Sequence record: KX452698
Source of the DNA: Shigella phage KNP5
DNA length: 64,000 bases
Strand: one strand, 5' to 3'
Each line of letters begins with the position of its first letter. Position 1 is the stretch's first letter. Both the position numbers and the translations under genes were made by a program. Positions 34,568-45,785 of this stretch are shown piece after piece. The notes beneath the pieces are model-generated. The model was not told the DNA's origin, made no database searches, and was given only the letters and a program-made list of their open reading frames with translations.

Positions 34568-34775
34568 CTTTAATACTTATAATTTCAACATCAGCCCAAT
34601 GACCGTAACCCGGTAAACGGTCTTCAATAGATAATCCGCCATCATATTTAAGCATTTTAATTGTCATAATATACGGCTCTAAATGGTCTTCAGTGAGCGG
34701 AGAGACATCAGTCACGCGATAAGTAACTTCGACCATTTCCGTGCCAAGTAATTTCTGGATTAATTTCTTAAACAT
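34560..34775 (-). CDS. hypothetical protein
   Basis: 71-aa ORF in the 30.x block, overlapping neighbours. Confidence 0.6.
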   Translation of the reverse strand: MFKKLIQKLLGTEMVEVTYRVTDVSPLTEDHLEPYIMTIKMLKYDGGLSIEDRLPGYGHWADVEIISIKDV

Positions 34776-34779
34776 TTCA

Positions 34780-35067
34780 TTAAAACCTCATCTGAAAACC
34801 GTGCGATTTAACATTACCGCCGCCAATATCAGAAATGTTAATTTCACGCGCAATTGAAGGGTCAATGTCAATTTCACGATTGAGTTTAGCGATAGCTAAA
34901 GTATCGCGCCCATTTACTGTACGGAACTCTAAAGGGCAGACTACATTAACGTAGTTTTTAATCGATTCACTGGTAGGTTGTAAATGAGCAGGAAGGTCTT
35001 TAGGCGCTTTAGAGAAAACTACTTCACAGAAATTTTTGCGGGTGTCAAAATAAGTAGTCATAAACAT
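34780..35067 (-). CDS. hypothetical protein
   Basis: 95-aa ORF in the 30.x block. Confidence 0.6.
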   Translation of the reverse strand: MFMTTYFDTRKNFCEVVFSKAPKDLPAHLQPTSESIKNYVNVVCPLEFRTVNGRDTLAIAKLNREIDIDPSIAREINISDIGGGNVKSHGFQMRF

Positions 35068-35108
35068 AGTATTTTCCTCAGTAAGGGGCCGAAGCCCCTC
35101 ATTTTATT

Positions 35109-35486
35109 TTAAATATCAAATTCGTTAAGAACTACATCAAAGATTGCTTCAAGATGCTCAGGTTTAGCTCTGTTACTCAGAATATGACGAATCCAAGTTT
35201 TAACCAAAAGCTTGCGATTAACGCCATTCCAGCAAGGATGAGTCCCTAAATCGCGTTGACGAAAATCATCATCCAAAGCGATTTTGAAGTTGGAACCTTC
35301 CATTGTGATTGAAACCGTGATGCCATTTTCAAATCGCATATAAACGTAGTTAGGAGTCATGCACTGTTCAATTTCGCATACTGATCCATTTTGATGTTTC
35401 CAAAGGCAAATAGTATCAATAGAACCTGCAATACCATTAGAAACATATTTACGTTCAAAGTTGATGTAGTTCATTTTATTCTCCAA
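35109..35486 (-). CDS. hypothetical protein
   Basis: 125-aa ORF; terminator-like hairpin after its stop. Confidence 0.65.
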   Translation of the reverse strand: MENKMNYINFERKYVSNGIAGSIDTICLWKHQNGSVCEIEQCMTPNYVYMRFENGITVSITMEGSNFKIALDDDFRQRDLGTHPCWNGVNRKLLVKTWIRHILSNRAKPEHLEAIFDVVLNEFDI

Positions 35487-35541
35487 GATGTTTAATTGCG
35501 GTACAGGTATATAATATCATATCCTGTACCAAAGTAAACAA

Positions 35542-35874
35542 TTATTTTACTACTTTCCAGTGCTGCATGTCAAGTTTACCAACTTTTTTCATCTTCTCAA
35601 TTAAGCGTTCGGCACGTTGGCGAGCTGTAACATAATACCATTCACCTAATTCATTTTGTTCAATTTTTCCAACGATTACTGTATTCAATTCATAAATCCA
35701 ACCAGTAAAGAAATTATGAACTTGAACTGTAAAGGTGAAATCTGTTCCCATACCTTCTGTTGTTTCTACTTCAATAATATCACCTTCAACTGCCATTAAG
35801 AACCACATAGTTTCATCGTATTTACCATTGAAGCATTTAGTTTTAACTGTAGCGTTCAGATTAATCGTTTTCAT
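35542..35874 (-). CDS. hypothetical protein
   Basis: 110-aa ORF; SD AAGGAG; early promoter upstream. Confidence 0.65.
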   Translation of the reverse strand: MKTINLNATVKTKCFNGKYDETMWFLMAVEGDIIEVETTEGMGTDFTFTVQVHNFFTGWIYELNTVIVGKIEQNELGEWYYVTARQRAERLIEKMKKVGKLDMQHWKVVK

Positions 35875-35901
35875 TTTATTCTCCTTTGTTTGTGTAAGAT
35901 A

Positions 35902-35931
35902 ATACTATCACAAAGGAACCATACTGTAAAC
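35902..35931 (-). promoter_or_regulatory. early promoter (GTTTAC, 18 nt, TGTGATAGTAT) with stem-loop over the -10
   Basis: minus strand GTTTACAGTATGGTTCCTTTGTGATAGTAT; inverted repeat CCTTTGTG/CACAAAG flanks the -10. Confidence 0.55.
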
Positions 35932-35950
35932 AACTTTGTGCAATCTTTGG

Positions 35951-35980
35951 AAAATAAAAAAGGACTCCCGAAGGAGTCCT
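35951..35980 (-). terminator. rho-independent terminator after the 72-aa basic protein gene
   Basis: minus strand AGGACTCC-TTCG-GGAGTCCT followed by TTTTTATTTT. Confidence 0.75.
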
Positions 35981-35984
35981 CAAC

Positions 35985-36203
35985 TTATGCTTTCTGCTTA
36001 CCAAAACGAGAAGCATCATCTCGAAGAACCGCACGTGCTCGGCGCATGATCTTCTCAACAGTTTGATTGATACGAGAGTTCGACCCACGCTTGTAACCAG
36101 CGCGTTTAGAATCACCAACTTTCTTTTCAACTGCTTTCTTTGCTTTAGCTTGTTTTGCCATTATAAATTCTCTTTTAAATGAAAATGCAGGACTTATTGG
36201 CAT
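35985..36203 (-). CDS. small basic (Lys/Arg-rich) protein
   Basis: 72-aa ORF (alternative start 36161, MAKQAKAKK...); stop followed by a canonical hairpin plus T-run terminator. Confidence 0.6.
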   Translation of the reverse strand: MPISPAFSFKREFIMAKQAKAKKAVEKKVGDSKRAGYKRGSNSRINQTVEKIMRRARAVLRDDASRFGKQKA

Positions 36204-36558
36204 TGCCTGCGAAAGCCCTCAAGGGGTACTTAGGTTTTGAATATTTACCGACAGGATAACCATAAACCTCGTCAACATACCTTATAGCTCTTATCTGTTG
36301 CACACCGTTAGCTTAAAGGTTCCGGGTTCGATTTCTCGAGGATAAGATATATACTGATGGATATATAGGCCTTGAGGCGTACTCCCGATTAGCCATCACC
36401 TCGGGGTAGCATGCACTTGCCGCTATAAGAATAACATTCAAGAGGTACACCGTAAAACTGCCGGGGTCTTAAAACTATAATGATTCGCAAATCATTAATC
36501 AGACAGTTCGACGGCTCCTCGTTTTAACTTCACACTAAGGCAGTGACTCTCCAATAAA

Positions 36559-36807
36559 TTACTTCAGTGTTACCACAAAGTGACGAACTGCTTTTCGTGC
36601 AGCAGAAGCCAGAGGCTTAGCATATTTAAGTTCATCTTTTTCCTGAAGCTCAGCGGCTAATGCAGTTTGAGCAGGATTCAGATGTTTGAAATAACGCAGG
36701 ATTTCAAGAGCTTCGGCTTCAACATCAATAGATGCGCCATAGTTTTCGTGACCATTATTCCATGCGTTTCGTTGCAGTTCAAGAGCGTGTTGTAATTGTT
36801 TAATCAT
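36559..36807 (-). CDS. rIII: RIII lysis-inhibition accessory protein
   Basis: 82-aa ORF, T4 RIII length and position. Confidence 0.88.
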   Translation of the reverse strand: MIKQLQHALELQRNAWNNGHENYGASIDVEAEALEILRYFKHLNPAQTALAAELQEKDELKYAKPLASAARKAVRHFVVTLK

Positions 36808-36946
36808 TTAAAAATTCTCGTTAGAGATTAAAACTCGGTAGTCACGTTCTTCTGAATTTCATCTTCTTTCGACAGATCTCTCAGTTGTAGACTACCACGT
36901 AGAATTGTTCGGTTAACTTATTATTCCGACACCCAATTCATATTAT

Positions 36947-36954
36947 TATTTATA
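36947..36954 (-). promoter_or_regulatory. candidate late promoter between gene 31 and rIII
   Basis: plus-strand TATTTATA next to the gp31 stop; 140-nt leader to rIII. Confidence 0.4.
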
Positions 36955-37290
36955 TCACTTATAAAGACACGGAATAGCTTTATAGTGACAGGTAACGAAT
37001 TTTTGTTTAATTTCTTTTGGCTGCTTAAGTCCCAAGGCTACAAAAGGATGCGGAACGTTTCGAATTTGACCAACTGGAAGAGAAGTCAAATCACCAACTT
37101 CGCAGAAACCTTCAGGAACATCAGGACCAACAGAGTGAACTACACACAGTTCAGGAACTTCACCTTGAACACGTTTACCGATAATAAGTCCTGATTCTGT
37201 AACTTCTTCATCACCGGCTTGTGCAGGTTCAGAAACTAAAATAACATATTCACCGACAGCACGAATTGGTAGCTGTTGTACTTCAGACAT
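36955..37290 (-). CDS. 31: co-chaperonin gp31 (GroES analogue)
   Basis: 111-aa ORF, T4 gp31 length. Confidence 0.93.
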
Positions 37291-37346
37291 CGTTTTTCCT
37301 TTTTGTTAACAGATGAATTAATAATAACAAATAATTCTTAAAGCAT

Positions 37347-37655
37347 TTATTTACCAATAAATTGGAGCAAATGCTCAACTTTCATACCATTAACGGAAAT
37401 CAATTTGTCAATAGAAAAACCTCGCCATGCACCAAGCTCAACATCAAATACTGGAATCATATCAGTAGATTCTTTCCGAGCAGATTCAGTCAATTTACCA
37501 GTTTGCATGGTTGGCATAAAGTCCGCATCACGAGTGCCTTTCATAGTACGAATAGTACCATCAGACTTTTCAAAAACTACATTTGAAATACCCATGGACA
37601 ATTTAGTTTTCAAAATTTCACGAATTGCTACTTTTTGTTCAGTCGTTAGTTTCAT
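37347..37655 (-). CDS. hypothetical protein (31.1-like position)
   Basis: 102-aa ORF. Confidence 0.65.
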   Translation of the reverse strand: MKLTTEQKVAIREILKTKLSMGISNVVFEKSDGTIRTMKGTRDADFMPTMQTGKLTESARKESTDMIPVFDVELGAWRGFSIDKLISVNGMKVEHLLQFIGK

Positions 37656-37892
37656 TTATTTACCTATCACAGTTTTAATATGAGTTGTTCCACGTTCTTT
37701 AAGAGTGGAAAGCAATTTTTGGCATTTTTCTAAATCAGATTTCCAACTATACGGCCTATCAATACTAGTCCAATCAGTTTTATAATACTGTTTCCATTTA
37801 GAGAAAAAATATTTCTTATACTCTACAGCAAATGAAATGTTCTCGTTAGAATAAGAACTAATTGCTGTGAGCTGTACCAAACGAAATTTCAT
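37656..37892 (-). CDS. hypothetical protein (31.2-like position)
   Basis: 78-aa ORF coupled to cd. Confidence 0.6.
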   Translation of the reverse strand: MKFRLVQLTAISSYSNENISFAVEYKKYFFSKWKQYYKTDWTSIDRPYSWKSDLEKCQKLLSTLKERGTTHIKTVIGK

Positions 37893-38473
37893 TATTCACC
37901 ACAGAATTCGTTGATATTTTCCCAGTTTAACTTATTCAAGTTTTTCTTAGGAACATTAAACACTTCAATACCTGCATTTCGCAGAATATCATCCCAGCCA
38001 GGTTTATTTTTATCGTATGTTTCGCAATAAACCAGCTTTTTAATTCCAGATTGAGCTATCGCTTTTGCACAATCTGGGCAAGGAGAAAGTGTTACATACA
38101 TAGTAGCACCTTCAATTGAAGAACCGTTTCGTGCAGCAAACAAAATCGCATTTAGTTCAGCATGAATTTCATTTTTAGACGACCATTCAGAGTGAGCGCT
38201 ACGGTGTTCTTTCGCCAAGACAAAACGATCAGTTGAACCAAATGATACACATTCAGGCTTATGACCTTGAATGATAGTATGTTTAGGCTTATTCAGCAAC
38301 CAACCTTGCTCGGCAGCATAATCACAACAGTTCACACCCCCGGCAGGTGAACCATTATATCCAGTAGAAATAATACGTCCATTCTTTTCAATTACTGCTC
38401 CTACCTTCCAGGAGCAACATTTTGATTCTTGTGATACTAAATATGCAATTTGAAGTACTGTACTCGCTTTCAT
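37892..38473 (-). CDS. cd: dCMP deaminase
   Basis: 193-aa ORF; HAE...PCxxC zinc motif (HAELNAILFAAR, PCPDCAKA). Confidence 0.93.
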   Translation of the reverse strand: MKASTVLQIAYLVSQESKCCSWKVGAVIEKNGRIISTGYNGSPAGGVNCCDYAAEQGWLLNKPKHTIIQGHKPECVSFGSTDRFVLAKEHRSAHSEWSSKNEIHAELNAILFAARNGSSIEGATMYVTLSPCPDCAKAIAQSGIKKLVYCETYDKNKPGWDDILRNAGIEVFNVPKKNLNKLNWENINEFCGE

Positions 38474-38808
38474 TTCATAATCACCAGATAAGCAGATTTA
38501 GCAGTTTCAACACGATAAATTTCGTGACGAAGTTTAGTTATACTTTTAATAACAGAACTAATTATATTCTGCCCATCTTTAAAGCGGTTTTTCTTATCAA
38601 TAAAAATTGCGCCAACCATCTTTTTGTGAAGCTCAACTGGATACTTCGTCACAATAATAGCATCATACACAGAAGGATGAATACTATTCACTAGAGTATC
38701 ATTCATTAAAGTTATTCTAATGAACTGTGCTGTTTCAGAATCAAGCGCTCTATGATCGCCAGTATCATTTTCAAGACAATTATCAATTATATCAGTTAAA
38801 TTCATCAT
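38470..38808 (-). CDS. hypothetical protein (cd.x block)
   Basis: 112-aa ORF. Confidence 0.6.
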   Translation of the reverse strand: MMNLTDIIDNCLENDTGDHRALDSETAQFIRITLMNDTLVNSIHPSVYDAIIVTKYPVELHKKMVGAIFIDKKNRFKDGQNIISSVIKSITKLRHEIYRVETAKSAYLVIMK

Positions 38809-39041
38809 AGTACGCCATACACCCTTTGTGCTTCAACTAATCCATCAAAATCCAATTTGAGATGTGTTATTTGGTCACCATCACCTGGATTCACAATTAC
38901 TAATACTGAACGAGGAGTTTCGGTAATAACGCGAACCGATGTTTCTGGAAATCGTTCAGAAACCTTATTTACCAATTCCTGAGCAAATAGTTTAACTTTT
39001 TCTTGGAATTCTTTAACAGTAATTGGTTTTTCACTTAGCAT
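38805..39041 (-). CDS. hypothetical protein (cd.x block)
   Basis: 78-aa ORF. Confidence 0.6.
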   Translation of the reverse strand: MLSEKPITVKEFQEKVKLFAQELVNKVSERFPETSVRVITETPRSVLVIVNPGDGDQITHLKLDFDGLVEAQRVYGVL

Positions 39042-39562
39042 GTTGATCCCAGCTCCTTACTTTCAACGTTTTTAACTAATTTGACAGAAACTAATTCGGC
39101 ATCTTGGGTAATCATTACCGGGCCTTCTTTATACTCTTCAAGATATTCTAGAGCTTTCTTTTTAGCTTCTTCCTTCGTATCAGTTTGAGCATAGATATAA
39201 AACATACAACCAGTAATACCTACTACTTTCCACTTAATTTCTTTATCAGTTTTAATTTCAAATTTACTGACAGAATCATCTTTTTGAACTTCTTCGAAAA
39301 AAGAATATTCTAACATATAAGCAATTGAAAATAACGGGCTAACTTTATAGGATTCGCCCATTACATCAACAGCTTTATACCAGCGGTCATCAATTTCGCG
39401 TTTAATGCTAATAACATTTTTCGCAGGATCTATTTTTACTTTAAATGAATTTTCCCCAATAAACTGAGCAATTCGTTTATTGGCCCCACAAGTTTCATTA
39501 AAAATATCTTTATATCCAGCTTTAAAACGATAAACCTTATCTTCTTCAAACCATTCGCTCAT
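39035..39562 (-). CDS. hypothetical protein (cd.x block)
   Basis: 175-aa ORF with early promoter upstream. Confidence 0.65.
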   Translation of the reverse strand: MSEWFEEDKVYRFKAGYKDIFNETCGANKRIAQFIGENSFKVKIDPAKNVISIKREIDDRWYKAVDVMGESYKVSPLFSIAYMLEYSFFEEVQKDDSVSKFEIKTDKEIKWKVVGITGCMFYIYAQTDTKEEAKKKALEYLEEYKEGPVMITQDAELVSVKLVKNVESKELGSTC

Positions 39563-39592
39563 TTCAATTTCCTCATTTGTTTTGGTAGAGCT

Positions 39593-39622
39593 ATAATATC
39601 ACAACTCTACCATAAAGTAAAC
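39593..39622 (-). promoter_or_regulatory. early promoter (GTTTAC, 18 nt, TATTAT) with stem-loop
   Basis: minus strand GTTTAC...GGTAGAGTTGTGATATTATAGCTCTACC; inverted repeat GGTAGAG/CTCTACC. Confidence 0.5.
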
Positions 39623-39624
39623 CA

Positions 39625-39906
39625 TTAAATTGCTTTGAATTCTGATGTCTGTGATTCAAAGCGAATATCGCCTTTGATGACTAGCTCAGCATCAAGACCA
39701 AATACGACAATGATATGCGCGGAACCCGGATACAGCGTAATTGCAATAGAATCCACCTGGTCTGGAAGCAAAGTGTTCAATACATGAGTCACTTGAGCAT
39801 GAATTCGAAGCTCAGCTGCATTATCAAGCTTTTCAAACATATTATTAGCGATAATTTGACTAAACACTACTTCTACGATTTTAGAATAAGTCGGAAACAT
39901 ATTCAC
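39625..39906 (-). CDS. hypothetical protein (cd.x block)
   Basis: 93-aa ORF. Confidence 0.6.
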   Translation of the reverse strand: MNMFPTYSKIVEVVFSQIIANNMFEKLDNAAELRIHAQVTHVLNTLLPDQVDSIAITLYPGSAHIIVVFGLDAELVIKGDIRFESQTSEFKAI

Positions 39907-40103
39907 CCCACATAATTTTCTTCAAGCCAATTAATAACATCCAACGCATTATCAAAAGTTGAACCATCTACTATGTCTTCTGTTTCATAATCAAGAATAT
40001 CTAAGTCTATTCTTCCATCAACAATAGGCCATAAACAAAATAGATATTTCTTTTCTTTTTCAATTTTATCGCAAAGTTGATAAATCTTTTCTATGTTATT
40101 CAT
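39903..40103 (-). CDS. hypothetical protein (cd.x block)
   Basis: 66-aa ORF. Confidence 0.55.
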   Translation of the reverse strand: MNNIEKIYQLCDKIEKEKKYLFCLWPIVDGRIDLDILDYETEDIVDGSTFDNALDVINWLEENYVG

Positions 40104-40169
40104 AAGTTTTCCATGGTAAAGGCAGTTTAGTTTTCTTTACTGTTAGTTCAACATCAGGATTCTTTTCTC

Positions 40170-40291
40170 TTAATTTAAGGCATTCCTCCCAAGCTCTGAT
40201 TTCACTAGTGAATACACAAAATTGCCATTACTAGTACCAACTAAACCGCTATTTACAATAACAATAGACCAAGTTTCATGATGCCACGCCA

Positions 40292-40292
<1 letters not shown>
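40170..40292 (-). CDS. possible 40-aa ORF translationally coupled to pseT
   Basis: ATG overlaps pseT stop as TAATG; MAWHHETWSIVIVNSGLVGT...; not in ORF track (below size cutoff). Confidence 0.3.
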
Positions 40293-41517
<1,225 letters not shown>

Positions 41518-41520
41518 TTA

Positions 41521-41751
41521 TTATTTCTCAACCAATGATTGAATATAATCATGCAGGTCTTTAGATGCTTTACCCCACTTATTTTGATATTCATTTTTAA
41601 GATTAGCACGTGATTGAGCTAATAAAACATCATTAGTTGGAGGTAAAGATTCTAACCGTTGAATCTGGCGTCCGTAAATCATTGCAGCCATCTCGGATTC
41701 ATAAATCAATCCTTTGAGATGTTCAAATTGGTGCCATGAAATCATTTGCAT
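41521..41751 (-). CDS. hypothetical protein
   Basis: 76-aa ORF. Confidence 0.6.
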   Translation of the reverse strand: MQMISWHQFEHLKGLIYESEMAAMIYGRQIQRLESLPPTNDVLLAQSRANLKNEYQNKWGKASKDLHDYIQSLVEK

Positions 41752-42041
41752 TTATCCTCTTTTAACTCTTGACGATAATAACATATCATAGTTTTCTGAT
41801 CATGTACATATCGTTTTACATCATTAAGCCAAATACGAAATTCCTGGGAATCTTCGAATGGCATACCGACCCAAGCTTTACCATCAATAACTTTAACTTG
41901 CCAAGATAGTTTAGCTTCATCGTATGACTTTATTTGTACTGGCCAATTAGGATGAACTGTTTCTTTCTTTACTTCTAGAGGCTTTGTCGAACAACCAACT
42001 AGAAGACCAATAGATAATATTACTGCTGATAGTTTAATCAT
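41742..42041 (-). CDS. outer-membrane lipoprotein spanin (Rz1-like o-spanin)
   Basis: 99-aa ORF; signal peptide with lipobox LLVGC; overlaps the upstream i-spanin-like gene by 4 nt. Confidence 0.7.
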   Translation of the reverse strand: MIKLSAVILSIGLLVGCSTKPLEVKKETVHPNWPVQIKSYDEAKLSWQVKVIDGKAWVGMPFEDSQEFRIWLNDVKRYVHDQKTMICYYRQELKEDKCK

Positions 42042-42391
42042 TTAGAAAGGTCCTGGATGTCTTCTGCGAACTTGTTGAAGGAGTTGTTGATTTGTTTTTC
42101 AACCAATCCTGGCTTATGAGCCACCACATCCGCCTTCTTTGCGTCTTTGCGCAGTTTTTCATTTTCACGCTCAATAGCAGCAATTGCCTCACGATTTTTA
42201 TTATTCATCGCATCAATATAATTATACTGAATTCGCAAATTATTTAATGCTAAAGCGTTTTCATTGGCCGTTTTTGTAATTTCTACAACAGACGTTTCCA
42301 ATCTTTCAATTTTATTTTTTAAAATTAAAGAAGTTCCGCCCAATGCAATTACAATTAATAGCAAGCCTGCTGTTGTATTACTTAATTGCAT
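42038..42391 (-). CDS. inner-membrane spanin (Rz-like i-spanin)
   Basis: 117-aa ORF; N-terminal TMD (TAGLLLIVIALGGTSLIL) then coiled-coil-like periplasmic part. Confidence 0.7.
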   Translation of the reverse strand: MQLSNTTAGLLLIVIALGGTSLILKNKIERLETSVVEITKTANENALALNNLRIQYNYIDAMNNKNREAIAAIERENEKLRKDAKKADVVAHKPGLVEKQINNSFNKFAEDIQDLSK

Positions 42392-42888
42392 AAAGTTTTA
42401 ATAACCTCTATAATATCGTCTTGAGAAAGACCGTTAATTAAAATATGATGTTCAGCAGGAGATTTAGAAATTTTAAAACATGCCTCAACATCTTCTGCCA
42501 TATCCGATGCGCTACGATTTGGATTACTAATTCCAAGACGATGTTTTCCCGTTAAAGGATTGACGATGATATAGCATTTACAGTTGTTAATATGAACATT
42601 AGGTTGAGTCTGATTAATGAACACATCACAATCATATTTCGCAAGCTGATTTTCTAAAAAGACTTTCATCTCCTCAACCGCATCAGGAAGCATATCACGG
42701 GCTTGCTCAAGACGACGATTTCGATATTCTTTAATGGTCGTTTTCCGCTTTACTTGCTTAGCTAAATCTTTCTTAAGATCGGTGATATATCCAACTCGAC
42801 GATTTCCTTTAAATACAGAAATCCCATCTGTAGTATCACCGTATGCTTCAACGACCATCTCAGTAGTAATAAGCTGCAAATCCATCAT
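42382..42888 (-). CDS. alc: Alc-like protein (host transcription shutoff) by position
   Basis: 168-aa ORF adjacent to rnlA as in T4; preceded by early promoter cassette. Confidence 0.7.
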   Translation of the reverse strand: MMDLQLITTEMVVEAYGDTTDGISVFKGNRRVGYITDLKKDLAKQVKRKTTIKEYRNRRLEQARDMLPDAVEEMKVFLENQLAKYDCDVFINQTQPNVHINNCKCYIIVNPLTGKHRLGISNPNRSASDMAEDVEACFKISKSPAEHHILINGLSQDDIIEVIKTLCN

Positions 42889-42892
42889 AAAG

Positions 42893-42946
42893 TCCTCATG
42901 TTATGTCAGTAATACTACTATAACACAACACGAGGGACTTGTAAAC
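42893..42946 (-). repeat. 54-nt promoter-leader cassette, copy 2
   Basis: 53/54 identical to 27141-27194. Confidence 0.9.
42917..42946 (-). promoter_or_regulatory. early promoter (GTTTAC, 18 nt, TATAGT), cassette copy 2, upstream of alc
   Basis: identical to copy 1 except one base. Confidence 0.65.
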
Positions 42947-42949
42947 AGC

Positions 42950-44537
<1,588 letters not shown>

Positions 44538-44564
44538 AATAAAATGGGCCTTGCGGCCCACTCC

Positions 44565-45734
44565 TTAAAAATATTTTTTAAAACTCATCATAACTTTATC
44601 ATCAACATCATTATCAATCTGTGCTACAAGGTAAGATGACAGTTCTACTTCTTGTGGCGCGGATTGAACATTATCAGAATTAAGATATTCACGAATCCAA
44701 GGATACGGATGTTTAACCGGAGCATCGGTAATTGGGCATGGAAGACCGCACTGTTTCATACGAGATACAGTTAAGTAATCAATAAAGCTCCACATGCTAT
44801 TTGTATTTAATCCAGGAACATCGCCATCTTTAAATAAATGAACTGCCCAGTCTTTTTCTTGACGGTTAACTTCCATGAAAATATCAACTGCTTCTTGTTC
44901 ACACTCTTGAGCAATTTTAACCCATTCATCCCCATCAGTGCCAAGTTGAAGTTGACGAATAATATATTGGGTGCCTTTAAGGTGAAGCTGCTCATCACGA
45001 GCAATGAACTTCATAATCTTGGCATTACCTTCCATGATTTCCATGTTTTTATGGAAGTTAAAGGTACATGCGAAAGATACATAAAAACGAATAGCTTCCA
45101 ATGCGTTGATTACATGAAGGCAAAGATAAAGAGATTTCATTAGTGCTCGTTTAGTACATTCAACAACTTTGCCTAGCTCTTCTTTACGAAATCCTTCTGA
45201 TAAAATTCCTTCATAATCTTCAACCGCATTCTGATATTCACGAGTCTTAACTAGAACATCATCGTAATAGCGACCAATGGACTCGGCACGTTTCATAATA
45301 GCTTTATCTAATACAATCTCATCAAACACTTTTGACGGATCAGTATAAAGATTTCGCATAATATGAGTGTATGAACGGCTGTGAATAGTTTCACTAAAAG
45401 TCCATGTAGCAACCCATGTATCAAGGCTTGGGTCTGAAATTAATGACATAAGTACAGCAGAAGGTGCACGACCCTGAATGCTATCTAGAAGTGATTGATA
45501 CTTCAGGTTATTAGTAAAAATATCTTGCTGATGCTGAGGAAGCTTATTAAATTGTGCAGCATCCATCATCAAGTTTACTTCTTCAGGACGCCAGAAAAAT
45601 GACAACTGCTTTTCAGTTAAATCTTCAAAAACTTTATGACGTTGAATATCATAACGCGCAATACCAAGACCTGAACCGAAGAACATGGGTTCTTTTAAAA
45701 CATCAACTGGATTTGTATTAAAAACTGTGCTCAT
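44565..45734 (-). CDS. nrdB: ribonucleotide reductase small subunit, uninterrupted
   Basis: continuous 389-aa ORF, no intron. Confidence 0.93.
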   Translation of the reverse strand: MSTVFNTNPVDVLKEPMFFGSGLGIARYDIQRHKVFEDLTEKQLSFFWRPEEVNLMMDAAQFNKLPQHQQDIFTNNLKYQSLLDSIQGRAPSAVLMSLISDPSLDTWVATWTFSETIHSRSYTHIMRNLYTDPSKVFDEIVLDKAIMKRAESIGRYYDDVLVKTREYQNAVEDYEGILSEGFRKEELGKVVECTKRALMKSLYLCLHVINALEAIRFYVSFACTFNFHKNMEIMEGNAKIMKFIARDEQLHLKGTQYIIRQLQLGTDGDEWVKIAQECEQEAVDIFMEVNRQEKDWAVHLFKDGDVPGLNTNSMWSFIDYLTVSRMKQCGLPCPITDAPVKHPYPWIREYLNSDNVQSAPQEVELSSYLVAQIDNDVDDKVMMSFKKYF

Positions 45735-45785
45735 AAATTTTCCGCTTAGTTAATAGATAGTGACTCGTCCGTGAGTCAAATTATA

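Noticed and set aside
35876-36130. 84-aa minus-strand ORF overlapping the 72-aa basic-protein gene
   Set aside because: It runs through a canonical terminator hairpin and an early promoter and has a hydrophobic junk-like composition; the 72-aa frame is preferred.
36318-36340. tRNA-like T-loop sequence GGGTTCGATT
   Set aside because: No complementary T-stem, acceptor stem or anticodon arm can be built on either strand; an 8-10 nt match is not significant.
36808-36946. Long-range inverted repeat GGTAGTC/GACTACC in the rIII leader
   Set aside because: A single 7-bp pairing with a 46-nt loop; could be chance and has no supporting motif.
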